A stretch of DNA of 32,162 bases from a virus (lineage: Duplodnaviria; Caudoviricetes), in the IMG/VR virus record IMGVR_UViG_3300032231_000014, positions 1-32,162 of that record, one strand, 5' to 3'. Below the pieces are notes generated by a model, which made no database searches, was not told the DNA's origin, and saw only the letters and a program-made list of their open reading frames with translations. How positions within the stretch are numbered: position 1 is the first letter of the stretch; every line of letters starts with the position of its first letter. The translations under genes and the position numbers were made by a program. Below, one piece after another: positions 9,107-19,248 of the stretch.

Positions 9107-10735
9107 CTATGCGTAAATTGGTCCGCGCTGCTTCACTGAGCGCATCAGGTTTACTTCTTCGTCGTCGTCTTCGTCGAGATACTCAGCGTTCCAACGACGG
9201 CGCAACCAGAGCGCGGTCATGGTGACCGTATCGACTAAATCGTCGTGTTCATCGGTCGGGAAGTTAGCACACTGGGTCCTGACTTCCTCAGACCATTTTC
9301 TCGGCACGTACCAGATACAGCCCCGCTCCAACACCAGCGACGCAGCATGTGCCCGTGACCACTTGGAGTCGGTGACCTTCACCTTGGTGACTGGCAGGCC
9401 GGCACGTTTCAGCTCCTGAATCAGCGAGTGGCCGCTGGCCTTCTTCTCGATCAGGATGCGGTCAGGCTTCCACTGCTCAGCCGACCGCTTGGCCTCTTCC
9501 CTGAGATCGGGGAACGAGAGACGCTCGTTCATCCGCTCCAGCAGCAACGCACAGAATCGAGGCTGACCAGCGAAGCGCAACTGCCACGGCAGGTCCGGGC
9601 TTGGCATCTCCTTCCACTCGAAGATGCCCCACGTGGTGCGCGCACTGTAATCGTTCTCTTCCTCTTCCTCGAACGCTGTGTCGTAGGCTTGAATGATCAT
9701 GTCGAAGGGAGGCATCTCACTGTCCTCCCACTTCCGCCAGTGGTTCAGCTTGAGGATGTTGCCGCCCTCGGCAGATGGGTTCTGCTGGATCTGTGCCTCG
9801 AACGCCCGGCCTGTCAGCTCACGCTGCAGCTTGGCCATCTCGTCTGGGCCAAATCGCTTCGGTGCCAACAGCTCGTCGTCCTTCTTTCGCCAGTCCTGCC
9901 ACACCCTCTCGCCCTTCCTGAGCGGCTCCCTGAAGCGATCCAGCTTGGCTGGGGGCTGAGTCTTCGGGTCATGCGGCCTGCCTGTCTTGAGCGCCGTGGT
10001 AACGCAGTGGGTCTTCCTCCGGTAGTACCCGGGCAGGTTGAGATGAACCCAGCCGCCCTGCTGCAGGCAGTACCCCGGGAGATCCTGATGGTGACCACGC
10101 TGGGCAATGATCACCCGGCCAAGGCGCTTCGGGTTATTGCCCCGAGTGGACATGACGTTCGACCACCAGTCGAGCACCCCCTGCCTGACCGTATCGGAGT
10201 TGATCTCCTTCATGTTGTGAGCATCGTCCACGACGATCTTATCGCCACCCTCACCCGTCGCCGTACCGCCCACCGAGGTGGCCAGCCGGTATCCATTCCT
10301 GTTGTTGTCGAACCTGCCCTTCTGGTTCAGGTCACCGGAGAGGTGGAAGACGTGCCCATACCGCTCCTTGTACCACGGGCTCTGGATCAGTCGCCGGCAC
10401 TTCACTGAGTCCCTGATGGTCAGGCTTTGCGCATAGGTGCTGAACAGCCATTGCTCCGATGGGTTCCACGTCCACTCCCATGCAGGCCAGATGACTGAGG
10501 ACACCGTGGACTTCGAGTGCCGTGGCGGGATGTTGATGATCAGGTCGTCGATGTCCCCGAGCGAGACGAAGGTCAGGTGATCACAGATTGCGTCGATGTG
10601 TGGCCCACCAACGAACGGAGCGCCCGGCTCCACTGTCGGCCACGCACCCTTGACGAACTGGCGCATCTCTCTGCGCATGTTCTCGGCCTGCACCATGGTG
10701 TAGCCCGAATACAGATCTTCCGCCGTCGCACTCAA
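9107..10735 (-). CDS. terL: Terminase large subunit
   Basis: Walker A-like INIPPRHSKST, Walker B KIVVDD, coupling motif IIAQR, RNase H-like QAYDTA and HDDLVD; TTG start overlaps the upstream TGA. Confidence 0.93.
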   Translation of the reverse strand: MSATAEDLYSGYTMVQAENMRREMRQFVKGAWPTVEPGAPFVGGPHIDAICDHLTFVSLGDIDDLIINIPPRHSKSTVSSVIWPAWEWTWNPSEQWLFSTYAQSLTIRDSVKCRRLIQSPWYKERYGHVFHLSGDLNQKGRFDNNRNGYRLATSVGGTATGEGGDKIVVDDAHNMKEINSDTVRQGVLDWWSNVMSTRGNNPKRLGRVIIAQRGHHQDLPGYCLQQGGWVHLNLPGYYRRKTHCVTTALKTGRPHDPKTQPPAKLDRFREPLRKGERVWQDWRKKDDELLAPKRFGPDEMAKLQRELTGRAFEAQIQQNPSAEGGNILKLNHWRKWEDSEMPPFDMIIQAYDTAFEEEEENDYSARTTWGIFEWKEMPSPDLPWQLRFAGQPRFCALLLERMNERLSFPDLREEAKRSAEQWKPDRILIEKKASGHSLIQELKRAGLPVTKVKVTDSKWSRAHAASLVLERGCIWYVPRKWSEEVRTQCANFPTDEHDDLVDTVTMTALWLRRRWNAEYLDEDDDEEVNLMRSVKQRGPIYA

Positions 10736-11037
10736 GCGGGCACTCCCTCCTTAGGCCAGAAGTCAGCAAGACTTTCGACCAGCTCGATCTTCTGAGCTGT
10801 CCCCAGCTCGTGCCACTCCTTGCGCACTGCGTGATCAGGCAGCAGCATGTTCCGGTCGCTGTGGCGTCTCTCAGCAAGGTAGAGCGTGTGGTCAACGTTC
10901 ACCCTGATCACCTGAGGGTCGTCTGTTCCTGCAGGGCGAATCCCCTGCAGAGTGTCTATCGTCCACGCAATGCGGACAGCTCTCGGTTTCATGTTGCCTT
11001 GCGCTGCATCCGTGCATCCCTGACATGTCTCAACCAT
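10732..11037 (-). CDS. Hypothetical protein
   Basis: Probable start at ATG 11037 (GGGAG SD), 101 aa; stop overlaps the terL start. Confidence 0.55.
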   Translation of the reverse strand: MVETCQGCTDAAQGNMKPRAVRIAWTIDTLQGIRPAGTDDPQVIRVNVDHTLYLAERRHSDRNMLLPDHAVRKEWHELGTAQKIELVESLADFWPKEGVPA

Positions 11038-11083
11038 GATTGCTGCTCCCAGCACTATCCATACAAGCCACCACTCACTCCGC

Positions 11084-11833
11084 TTATTTGAGCCCAAGGA
11101 ACCCGACCACGGAGAGCAGTTTCTTCCTGATGTACTCACCGAACGAGCCGGGCAACTGGTGGTCGGCCCACATCACATCCCAGACAGCCTCTGAGATGCC
11201 GGCTGCACCAGTACCCGTAGAGGATCGAGCGATCAGCACCTGCGTGAAGGCTGACGGAAGGATAGGGCTGATAGGCGTCACTCCATCCTCTCCGACCGCA
11301 ACCAGATTCCCTCCGCCAACCTCGCACTGCACGATGTTGAATACCGAGTAATCGTCACCGATGTCGAAGTCATTGTCCGTGCCGTTCACCAGCGCCTTAC
11401 ACTCAAGCTCGTTGAGATCAACGACTCTGCGCACGTCAGTGATGGATCTATCACCCCAGTTGATGATGAAAGACCCCGGCTGAACATTGGCGCTCACGAA
11501 GTCAGCACTGTTGTCGATGAGCCTTATCCTGCCCCTCGGGTCAGTAACCGCCCCGGTAGTGACCGTCCCCGTCTCCGCTGGAGTGTACTGACCCTCAAAC
11601 TCAATGACGTTGTTGAGCAGGGTCGCGGTAATGGCGACCGCCAGGCCGCCTCCGAGATCTTCCTTCCCAGCCGCGTCAATCAGCTTCGGGTGAGTCGTTG
11701 CCTCAAACTGCTCCTCCAGAACTCTGGTGGTATCCACAGTGTCCTGCACGAGATAGCTCGTGGAGGGCGACCGCACCGTCTGAATTCGAGGGCTATCGAA
11801 GTAACTTTGGGAAATGTCAGTCCGCGTCGTCAT
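11084..11833 (-). CDS. Putative structural protein (fibre-cassette paralog)
   Basis: 249 aa; shares a repeat module with the 879 aa protein; C-terminal AVWD...PGSFG motif. Confidence 0.7.
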   Translation of the reverse strand: MTTRTDISQSYFDSPRIQTVRSPSTSYLVQDTVDTTRVLEEQFEATTHPKLIDAAGKEDLGGGLAVAITATLLNNVIEFEGQYTPAETGTVTTGAVTDPRGRIRLIDNSADFVSANVQPGSFIINWGDRSITDVRRVVDLNELECKALVNGTDNDFDIGDDYSVFNIVQCEVGGGNLVAVGEDGVTPISPILPSAFTQVLIARSSTGTGAAGISEAVWDVMWADHQLPGSFGEYIRKKLLSVVGFLGLK

Positions 11834-11834
11834 C

Positions 11835-12485
11835 TCAGTCCACCGACAATGGCTCCGTCATGGCTCGCTTGATCTGCCGATCCCGCTCCCGAACGAGGTT
11901 GATCGCATCACGCATGGCGAAGATGGATTCGGTCTCCTGCTTCACCGCATCGTCATAGCGATCTCGCTCCTCCTGAAACATCCCGATCTGCTTCCACAAC
12001 TCCTCATCAACGTACATCCGCAGACGCGCGTTGATGGGCTTCAGCTCTGCCATGAGCTGATGGAACCCGAGGGTGCCGGGGATAGGTCTCCCGTCCCTGA
12101 CCCACTCCTCGTTGTCGCTGTGCTCTTCCACCCACTTAGCGACATGCTCGGCGGCCATAGCATCGACCTCCTCCTGAGTCAGGTCGCCTTGCGGGTTCTT
12201 CAGCAGATCCGAGTACTTGCCAATGTTGGCCATCGCCGCCTGCTTGGCAGCAGCAAAGGTTTTGATGTTGGCTTCGCACACACGGATGTTTGCGTTGTAC
12301 TGCTCCTCAGTGCCGCGCGGGAACTGGCCGGTGATGCGGTCCACCTTCAGCCGACGCTGCTCCTCAATGAAGGCAGGCATCTGCTCGTACGCCTGCTCCC
12401 GCAGCCCCATCGGTAGCTCAGAGAGCTTCTGATTGTTGAGGCGCAGAGAAGCTACGCCTGTCTGCCCCTTATTTTCTTCACTCAT
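11835..12485 (-). CDS. Helical/coiled-coil hypothetical protein (possible assembly chaperone)
   Basis: 216 aa with AAGGAG SD; charged helical composition unlike its beta-rich neighbours. Confidence 0.7.
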   Translation of the reverse strand: MSEENKGQTGVASLRLNNQKLSELPMGLREQAYEQMPAFIEEQRRLKVDRITGQFPRGTEEQYNANIRVCEANIKTFAAAKQAAMANIGKYSDLLKNPQGDLTQEEVDAMAAEHVAKWVEEHSDNEEWVRDGRPIPGTLGFHQLMAELKPINARLRMYVDEELWKQIGMFQEERDRYDDAVKQETESIFAMRDAINLVRERDRQIKRAMTEPLSVD

Positions 12486-12495
12486 CGGTTACTCC

Positions 12496-15135
12496 TTACA
12501 CCGCGATGGTGTCTTCCTGTCGTACCGCCGTGATCGTCACCGAGCTATCACCGATAGTCTGGTTCAGCGAGAAGGGCAGAATCACCTTGCCCTGCCGCAC
12601 TTCAACCACCACATCGAAGTCCGCACCCAGTTGCTTCACGAAGCTGTTGGACTCAGTGCCCGGAGAGCCATCCGTACCAGTGTCCTCTTCAACGTCGAGG
12701 ATGAGGTCGAACAGATCGTCCGTGTTGGCGTAGGTCTGGATCAGACGGTTGATGATGTAGGTGTCGGTGCTATCCCAGTCGTCCGGGGTGCCGTACAGAG
12801 CCCTGACCAGCAGGGTGTCGTTCGACGTGAGTCCGGTCGTCGCGAAGCCCGTCACCTCCCACACGTGAGTCGTCTTGCCGAGCGTGGTGTTGCGCACCAG
12901 CATCCCCACCTGAACACCGTCAGTCAGGAAGTTCCTGCCATCATCCACGAGCTGGGTTGCACTGGAGCTGGCTGTCGCCGTTCCCGTGTTACCGCCCGTC
13001 AGGGTGATCAGCGAGAACTCGCCAGAGGCCACCTTTGTCACCGCATCGTAGTAGTACCTGTGCTCTTCGATCAGGGAGTTTTCTTTCACCCTCACCACAG
13101 AGGCGTCAGGCACCTCAGAGTCAATGGTCCCCGCCACGCGGATGGTGTCGTCGTCTTGGTTGTTGAAACCCAGTCCAGCCGTGGCCATGCCACCGAACTG
13201 ATCCCGGTTGATTACACCAGCCGTACCGTTGTCCCGAGCCACCATGATGCGGTCGCCCGCGCGGGTGTTCTGCACCGCCACCGAGATGGTGTTGGGCGGG
13301 TTCAACGGAGTGGCCGAGTTGTCCGGCGTTGCTGTGTACGCCTGCGTGTCTGCAGGTGCAGGGTTGACGATGATCACGCCCCGGCTCAGGAAGAGCTGGG
13401 AGCCCGTGAACGTGCCCAGAGGCGACTGCTTGCTCACCGTGTAGCGCTGGATGCCCAGTGTGCCACCGGCATGGATCGTCACGTCCCGGACACCATCACC
13501 GCCCTCGTCAGACACCAAATCGTCATTGGCAGGCTGAGAGGTCGTCAACGAAGTCTGGATGTCCATCATGACGATGTAGCTCGGCACCGAGTCAGCCGGC
13601 GTAGTGTTCTGTGCCGTCAGTCTCGCCGAGAAGCCAGCCCGAGCCGTGATGCTCAGATCCTCGCCATCATTCATGGTGGAGGTGTTGGCGTCGTACTCGA
13701 ACGTACCCTCGTTGCCGCGATAGGTCTCGCCCGGGACATTGGTGCCCGCGCCGAACAGATCGGCCGCAGTAGCCCCTCGTCGAGTCGCCCACTTGAACCG
13801 CTCATAGACCTTGGCCACCGGGACCAGACTCTGAGCATTCGCCGTGACCGAGTAGTTCTCGTTGGTGCCGTCACCGTCGAAGTCCACGTTGGTCACTGCA
13901 CCAAGAGCCAAAGTGACCGTGCCACCCTCGCCCGCGCCAGCATCGGTCGGCCCACCAGAGGTGTCCGAGACCACGTTGACCGTCGCCGCTCCATCACCAT
14001 CTGCAGCCGCGACATAGTCGTACTCGGTGATGGTGTCAGAGTTGGCAAAGTCAGTGAGGTCGCCTACCGGGTAATACTGAATCGTGATCGTCGGGTTGGT
14101 GCCCGAGACCGCCGTGATGATCCCCTTCTTCGTTGCGCTGGCAAAGTCGAGCCCCACGTAGAAGCCGTTGCCCACGTTGAACGTGCCAGACGACGAGGTC
14201 GTGGTGAACGTCCGGTAGCCAGTCGTGTTGTTGAGGTCTGGCTGGGAGGCCAACGGGAGAGCCGAGAAGCCACCACCAGATACGTTCAACCGGAAGTTGT
14301 CGTATAGAGCCGTGTACTGTCGAGCAAATACCTCAAGGTCACCGTCAGCAATCAGGCTACCGTTCACCTGTACCTGCGTGACAATGCTGATGATCCCCAG
14401 CGATACATTCGGGTCCGTGTCCCACCACTGGAAGGTGTTGGTGGCATGGTCAGACAGCTTGATCCGATTCTGAACCACGTACACCTCAGTGGCTGTGGGC
14501 ACAGAACCAATCGCCTGAATGGCTGGTGCCAGCATAGAACCAGAGCCGCCGTTGGAGCTGGAGTCAACCGAGCCCGTGCCGCCCGTGGCGATCAGGGTGC
14601 CGGTGCCATCGAACAGGTCGCCCGTAACCGGGGTCGAGTCGTCAGGTCTGATCCATGCGCACAGAGAGCCGTCTTGGTCGATGTCGAAGTCCAGCAACGT
14701 GCCGGTGTCGCCTGAGTCGCCCTGCGTGACTCGCCGACCAATGTCGCCTGCAGCGAAGTCGGTGCCCAGCCCTACCACGTAGTTGATCTTGATCACCCCG
14801 TGGCCGGCAGTGTCATTGTCAGGTCCAACAGTCTTCAGCGCCCAGTTCGCCGACCACGCGCCCTCCTTCAGCCACTCCATAGAGGAGCGCGGCATGAAGT
14901 AGTCGTTGGCCAACACGAACGCATTCGGCGTCGTTGGTGTCGCCGGGTTCTTGAAGGTCATTGCTTGGAAGTAGGAGGCGTTCTCAGCAATTGCCGAGTA
15001 GATCTCCAATGATTCGCGCACTGGACCGCTAATGCGCTCCACTTTGCGTAGCCCTGCCTGCCCGGCCAACTGATTGACGTTCTCGTCGTCGAACGAGATG
15101 CGCCAGTCACCGCCGAGGATGTCGAGTGTAGTCAT
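12496..15135 (-). CDS. Large putative structural (fibre/appendage) protein
   Basis: 879 aa, Thr/Gly/Asp-rich, beta-rich with internal repeats; GAGGT SD. Confidence 0.8.
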   Translation of the reverse strand: MTTLDILGGDWRISFDDENVNQLAGQAGLRKVERISGPVRESLEIYSAIAENASYFQAMTFKNPATPTTPNAFVLANDYFMPRSSMEWLKEGAWSANWALKTVGPDNDTAGHGVIKINYVVGLGTDFAAGDIGRRVTQGDSGDTGTLLDFDIDQDGSLCAWIRPDDSTPVTGDLFDGTGTLIATGGTGSVDSSSNGGSGSMLAPAIQAIGSVPTATEVYVVQNRIKLSDHATNTFQWWDTDPNVSLGIISIVTQVQVNGSLIADGDLEVFARQYTALYDNFRLNVSGGGFSALPLASQPDLNNTTGYRTFTTTSSSGTFNVGNGFYVGLDFASATKKGIITAVSGTNPTITIQYYPVGDLTDFANSDTITEYDYVAAADGDGAATVNVVSDTSGGPTDAGAGEGGTVTLALGAVTNVDFDGDGTNENYSVTANAQSLVPVAKVYERFKWATRRGATAADLFGAGTNVPGETYRGNEGTFEYDANTSTMNDGEDLSITARAGFSARLTAQNTTPADSVPSYIVMMDIQTSLTTSQPANDDLVSDEGGDGVRDVTIHAGGTLGIQRYTVSKQSPLGTFTGSQLFLSRGVIIVNPAPADTQAYTATPDNSATPLNPPNTISVAVQNTRAGDRIMVARDNGTAGVINRDQFGGMATAGLGFNNQDDDTIRVAGTIDSEVPDASVVRVKENSLIEEHRYYYDAVTKVASGEFSLITLTGGNTGTATASSSATQLVDDGRNFLTDGVQVGMLVRNTTLGKTTHVWEVTGFATTGLTSNDTLLVRALYGTPDDWDSTDTYIINRLIQTYANTDDLFDLILDVEEDTGTDGSPGTESNSFVKQLGADFDVVVEVRQGKVILPFSLNQTIGDSSVTITAVRQEDTIAV

Positions 15136-15136
15136 T

Positions 15137-18100
15137 CTACGTTACCTCAAATTTTCCTATGGTGTCTTCAAGCCAGACGGCGGTAGCGGTCAGCCCTGTA
15201 TCAGTTACTGTGCGGACTGCGTTCCCCGATTGAGGGAAGGCAAGGTAGCGAGTCGCGTCTACTCTGACGCTTCTCGCCCGCGTTTGGTTTGCACTTCCGA
15301 CAGTGGACAGACGAGCGCGCACGTAATAGAGCTGTCCGCCATTGGCCTGATTTGTCACCGTCGTTGTTGCCCAGTCGCCGGGCACGGTCCATTCAACAAT
15401 CTGACCGTGTCCAGTGTTCTCAAAGTCGCTTGTATCGTCCCTTCCTACCGTGAGAGCTGACCATGCCAGCCCATCCCAGTACTCCCACGTGATGGTCGAG
15501 CCCGTGCCGTTGCCATCCGTAACCCAGAACTTCAGAGCAGGGAACTGCTCTGTATGCCCGAAGTAGTAGGCATCATTCAGGGCCGGCGCGGCCGGCAGGA
15601 TGTTCATGTCGTCGAGAGTGTCGTCAGTGGACTGTTCTGTCTCGTCAGTGAATACGCCACCGTCATCGGCTATGGCTGCCACAGCATGGCCGGGGTTGTT
15701 ACACCGGAAGTTGATGTCGAAGTCAGCGCCAGGGTAGATGAGCGTGAAGGAAATCAGCCCGGCAGATGTGGCGAAGCCCTCGAACAGGATATCTCCTGCC
15801 GTGATGCCGCCCACCGTGTCTCTCGACTCCACCACCACTGCAGTGCCTTGAGAAACACCGTTGACCACAATGGTGATGGTCTGGACCGGAGAGAACTGAC
15901 TCCCGTCATCCGCAGTGAGGTAGTCAATGATCCCCGTACCACGGTCGTGAATCCATACGCCCTCACCGTTTATGACAGAGTTCAAAAGATCCCCAGACCC
16001 GAAGCCATCAAGCCTGCCGGCCGGTGCGGCATCGCCCTCTGCAAATACTCCAACTCGACCGCTGGCAATATTCGACCTGTTCACCCCATCAACAAAGCGA
16101 GCCTCTTCGGTGCCGTTGACGAACATGATAAGTGCCTGGCCTATTGCCACGAACTGGAGAATATCAGTTGCTGAAGGGGTGGACGCACCAGTAGCGAGAG
16201 TGGTGATGACGCCTGCGCTGGTGCTGAAGTCAACGTGCACGATCTCATAAGTGTCAGGAGTGCCCTCCGCCACGATAGCCGCGTAGCACTGCTCAGAAGT
16301 CGTGTCGATCCTGAGTGCAATCCCTAACCTATCTCCAGCCGTTGGCAGCGCCGAGAGCGTTGCCTCTACATACTGAGCAGCAGTTGGATTATGGGCTGTT
16401 GTAGCCACCGCGCCGACGTTCGTGGTGCCTGCCGAGTTATCCCCTGCCAGGGCATTCGAGACCACTCGCATCCCGTTGGTGGCATTGTCAACGTCATCCC
16501 AGTTTGCGCTGACCGATAGATTCTCATCCGTCCGGTTGAAGTCATCTGTGAAGTCACGAGTCGCACCGGATAAAACCTGCCCGTTCCATCTGCGCACCGC
16601 TCTGGGGGTAAACCATCCGTCCGATCCAAGGGAGAGCGGCAAGCGCGCATCAAACTCATCACCACCCCAAACAATGAGCTGCTCGAATTCGGCCGTAATC
16701 GGACTCTCCGCCATGCGGGCGCTGATGTAGTCGTACACCACAGTCAAAGCCTCGCCCTTGGCGTCAATCTCCCACGTGTACTCGGCATAGAATCCAGTAC
16801 CACCTTCAAGGTTGGTGGTGGCGCTGAATGTTCCAGTGTCGGTGATAGTCTGGTTCTCGGCGAACTCAACGCCATTCCATCCATCAAGCAGTATCACCCC
16901 GGAAACAGCATTGCCTTCATAGTCAACGATTGTGCCGCTGGCCAAGCCTTGGGTGGCAGTCACGCCCAACGTCGGTGTCCCGCCAGTTCCACCATCATAG
17001 TTCAGAGCCTTCATCGGGCGCGTGTCGGTTTCTCCCGGGCCATGCTTGGTGACGGTCGGGTTCGTGGTGGGGTTTGTCAGAGCGGCCGACTGGGTTAGAG
17101 CAGTCAGGTCAGGGTCGTCTACAAAAGCAGACGATAACCGGAGGCCTCCGTCTAAGACAGGCTCGAAAGAGATCCGCACTGGCTGAGATCCATAGGAGTA
17201 ACCTGACCACGCAAAAAATTCTCCTTGCTGATCAGCCACACCGGAGCCAGCACCTATGCCATCCCATGTGTACAAGTTGGTTCTGACGTAGCTGGCATAG
17301 GCGATCTCCCCCCATAGCTCCATGAAGCGGAAATCATTCCCGTAGTAGTTGTGCGAAGTGCCAGTCGGAATCCGCCCAGTTCCACCCTCGCCGGGAGCGG
17401 CCGGTATTGTGGCGCTATCACTGACGGCAGTGTCTCCCTTGTACAAGTCATCTGCTTGCGCGCCTTCAAACACATAGCCGTGGATGCCGGCAAGTTGATT
17501 ATTTTCTGCATCTACACAAACCACAGAAAGAGAGACCATCTCCTCAATCTGCCTACTTGTACTATCATTGAACTGCAAGTTGTCTTGGTTGCTTAGATCC
17601 AAGGTCCAGACCGGATTGCAGATGCTTACCTTCTGATCCGTGCCTGCAGTATCCAAAGACATGTAGCGAGTATTGCCGATGAACGTGATGTCTCTCAGCC
17701 CGGCCGGGTACTGAAACGTATCAGAGAAATCCCTCACCCGAATTCCTTGATCGGGGGAAGCCGTGAGATCTTCGCTCTTTATGACAAGGCCCTGAATCCA
17801 CGTGTAAGGGCCGTATGGTGTTCTGTCAGTCGAGACTTCATAGAGCGCCTCGTAGAGAGACCCTGGCCTACCGCTGTTCGCGGAGCGCTCCAGAACAGTG
17901 TCTCTAAACAGGCGGCCCTGCGTGGCCATTTGCGAGGTCGTGCTCGGGGAATCTATGTCTAGCCACTTGTTTCTTAACATCGCCCCGCCAAGACCTATTG
18001 CGAATGTTGACTGGATCTCTCCTCCGGTTGAAGTAAGAAAGCCCACGTTGACCATGTTCGGGGCATCTCGTGGAGCACGCATCTGCAGGTCGTACGCAAA

Positions 18101-19024
18101 TACGAGACTGTGGTCTTTGAAACGGAATGGCGTGCCGGCAGTCAGAGTCCCTGACGTGGATATGTATCCACCTGCTGTCGGCAACCCGTTCGGATGCCCG
18201 CCGATCAAATACCCGGACTGATACACGCCATCATCATCCACCCCGAGGCCTGTCGCACTCGTGACGTTATCGGTCTCAAACTGCTTGCCGTCGGTTTGAG
18301 CAAAAAACCCGAGCTGGGTACCGGATGGCGAGGCGTTGCCAACACTGAATGCCCTGCTGAACTCAAACACACCAGATTGAGCCCGAAGCGTGCAGCCGGT
18401 CACTGTGGCGCAATCTTCAAGGATATAGGCTATCGCCCAGTTATCCCCGGATGCGGGCGGATCGACCCATGGCTCATGGACCGTCAAAGTGTTTGAAGCG
18501 TCTGCTGTGATGTAGCGAATCTCGAAGCCAGGCTCAACCGCCACAACCCTGAAGGTCGCGCCCGTGCCAGTTCCGCCTGTCGACGTTGTTGTCGCAGTTG
18601 GCGGAGAAGGCCCTCCGGTCATGCCGGAGGCCCGCCACTCGAACCCCTCCTTCCTTGTGATGTCGAACCCAGTAATGGCACCCCCGCCATCGACTGAGGT
18701 CACCGTGATTTGGGGCAGGCCTGCCGGTGCTGCAGCAGACGACCCTCCAATCGTCAATACATCGTCGACTGCATAGCCGCTACCCTCATTGTCCGACTGG
18801 AGCGCAGTGACATACACGACCCACGGGCGGATGACGATGATCCTGCCAACATAGGTTGGCGTGGATTCTAGGTTGCCTTCGTTGTTTGCCGAAATGGCGT
18901 CTGGGACTATGACTTCATCAGCGGCAGCAGCGGCCTGAGACCCGAGTGTAGAAGCCGTTCCCCATGAATCTTTCGCCGCAGTCGTACACCTTACGCCGTC
19001 GCCCGAACTGGTGGTGATACTCAT
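15137..19024 (-). CDS. Large multidomain putative structural / receptor-binding protein
   Basis: 1295 aa, Thr/Gly-rich; GSGY...GTGATF repeat unit, lectin-like beta-sandwich segment (FTDDFNR...GRVGVF) and C-terminal WEYWDG...YYVRARL domain. Confidence 0.8.
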   Translation of the reverse strand: MSITTSSGDGVRCTTAAKDSWGTASTLGSQAAAAADEVIVPDAISANNEGNLESTPTYVGRIIVIRPWVVYVTALQSDNEGSGYAVDDVLTIGGSSAAAPAGLPQITVTSVDGGGAITGFDITRKEGFEWRASGMTGGPSPPTATTTSTGGTGTGATFRVVAVEPGFEIRYITADASNTLTVHEPWVDPPASGDNWAIAYILEDCATVTGCTLRAQSGVFEFSRAFSVGNASPSGTQLGFFAQTDGKQFETDNVTSATGLGVDDDGVYQSGYLIGGHPNGLPTAGGYISTSGTLTAGTPFRFKDHSLVFAYDLQMRAPRDAPNMVNVGFLTSTGGEIQSTFAIGLGGAMLRNKWLDIDSPSTTSQMATQGRLFRDTVLERSANSGRPGSLYEALYEVSTDRTPYGPYTWIQGLVIKSEDLTASPDQGIRVRDFSDTFQYPAGLRDITFIGNTRYMSLDTAGTDQKVSICNPVWTLDLSNQDNLQFNDSTSRQIEEMVSLSVVCVDAENNQLAGIHGYVFEGAQADDLYKGDTAVSDSATIPAAPGEGGTGRIPTGTSHNYYGNDFRFMELWGEIAYASYVRTNLYTWDGIGAGSGVADQQGEFFAWSGYSYGSQPVRISFEPVLDGGLRLSSAFVDDPDLTALTQSAALTNPTTNPTVTKHGPGETDTRPMKALNYDGGTGGTPTLGVTATQGLASGTIVDYEGNAVSGVILLDGWNGVEFAENQTITDTGTFSATTNLEGGTGFYAEYTWEIDAKGEALTVVYDYISARMAESPITAEFEQLIVWGGDEFDARLPLSLGSDGWFTPRAVRRWNGQVLSGATRDFTDDFNRTDENLSVSANWDDVDNATNGMRVVSNALAGDNSAGTTNVGAVATTAHNPTAAQYVEATLSALPTAGDRLGIALRIDTTSEQCYAAIVAEGTPDTYEIVHVDFSTSAGVITTLATGASTPSATDILQFVAIGQALIMFVNGTEEARFVDGVNRSNIASGRVGVFAEGDAAPAGRLDGFGSGDLLNSVINGEGVWIHDRGTGIIDYLTADDGSQFSPVQTITIVVNGVSQGTAVVVESRDTVGGITAGDILFEGFATSAGLISFTLIYPGADFDINFRCNNPGHAVAAIADDGGVFTDETEQSTDDTLDDMNILPAAPALNDAYYFGHTEQFPALKFWVTDGNGTGSTITWEYWDGLAWSALTVGRDDTSDFENTGHGQIVEWTVPGDWATTTVTNQANGGQLYYVRARLSTVGSANQTRARSVRVDATRYLAFPQSGNAVRTVTDTGLTATAVWLEDTIGKFEVT

Positions 19025-19248
19025 GGGAGCGTCTCCATGAAGTCAGCAACCACCTCGACGTTGTCGGCAATAGATACAGTCTTGTAGATGTGGGTCTGTC
19101 CCTGCGCGTTAACCTGAAAAAGCTGACGGTTCTGCACGAGCCGCCATTCGATGATCCACTGACTGTTGCCAAGCATCGGCCCATCGTCGAAATTTACCGG
19201 CACTGTGTCTGACTGTCCGCCACCCGGATCAAGATCCACCAAAGGCAT
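19021..19248 (-). CDS. Hypothetical protein
   Basis: 75 aa; abuts the upstream stop and overlaps the next start (ATGA). Confidence 0.6.
   Translation of the reverse strand: MPLVDLDPGGGQSDTVPVNFDDGPMLGNSQWIIEWRLVQNRQLFQVNAQGQTHIYKTVSIADNVEVVADFMETLP

Noticed and set aside
7846-10408. Long plus-strand ORFs (301 aa and 326 aa)
   Set aside because: Antisense to portal and terL; no recognisable motifs
10732-10790. LVESLADFWPKEG resembling the N-terminal helix of some terminases (a third mimic or a frameshifted TerL start)
   Set aside because: Match too short; TerL has its own equivalent segment and a coupled TTG start
12433-14307. 624 aa plus-strand ORF
   Set aside because: Antisense shadow of the 879 aa gene; Arg/His/Val-rich composition typical of the reverse frame of GC-rich coding DNA
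11084-19024. Diversity-generating retroelement targeting the fibre-like genes
   Set aside because: No reverse transcriptase and no near-identical TR/VR pair noticed; the similarities are only at the diverged protein level
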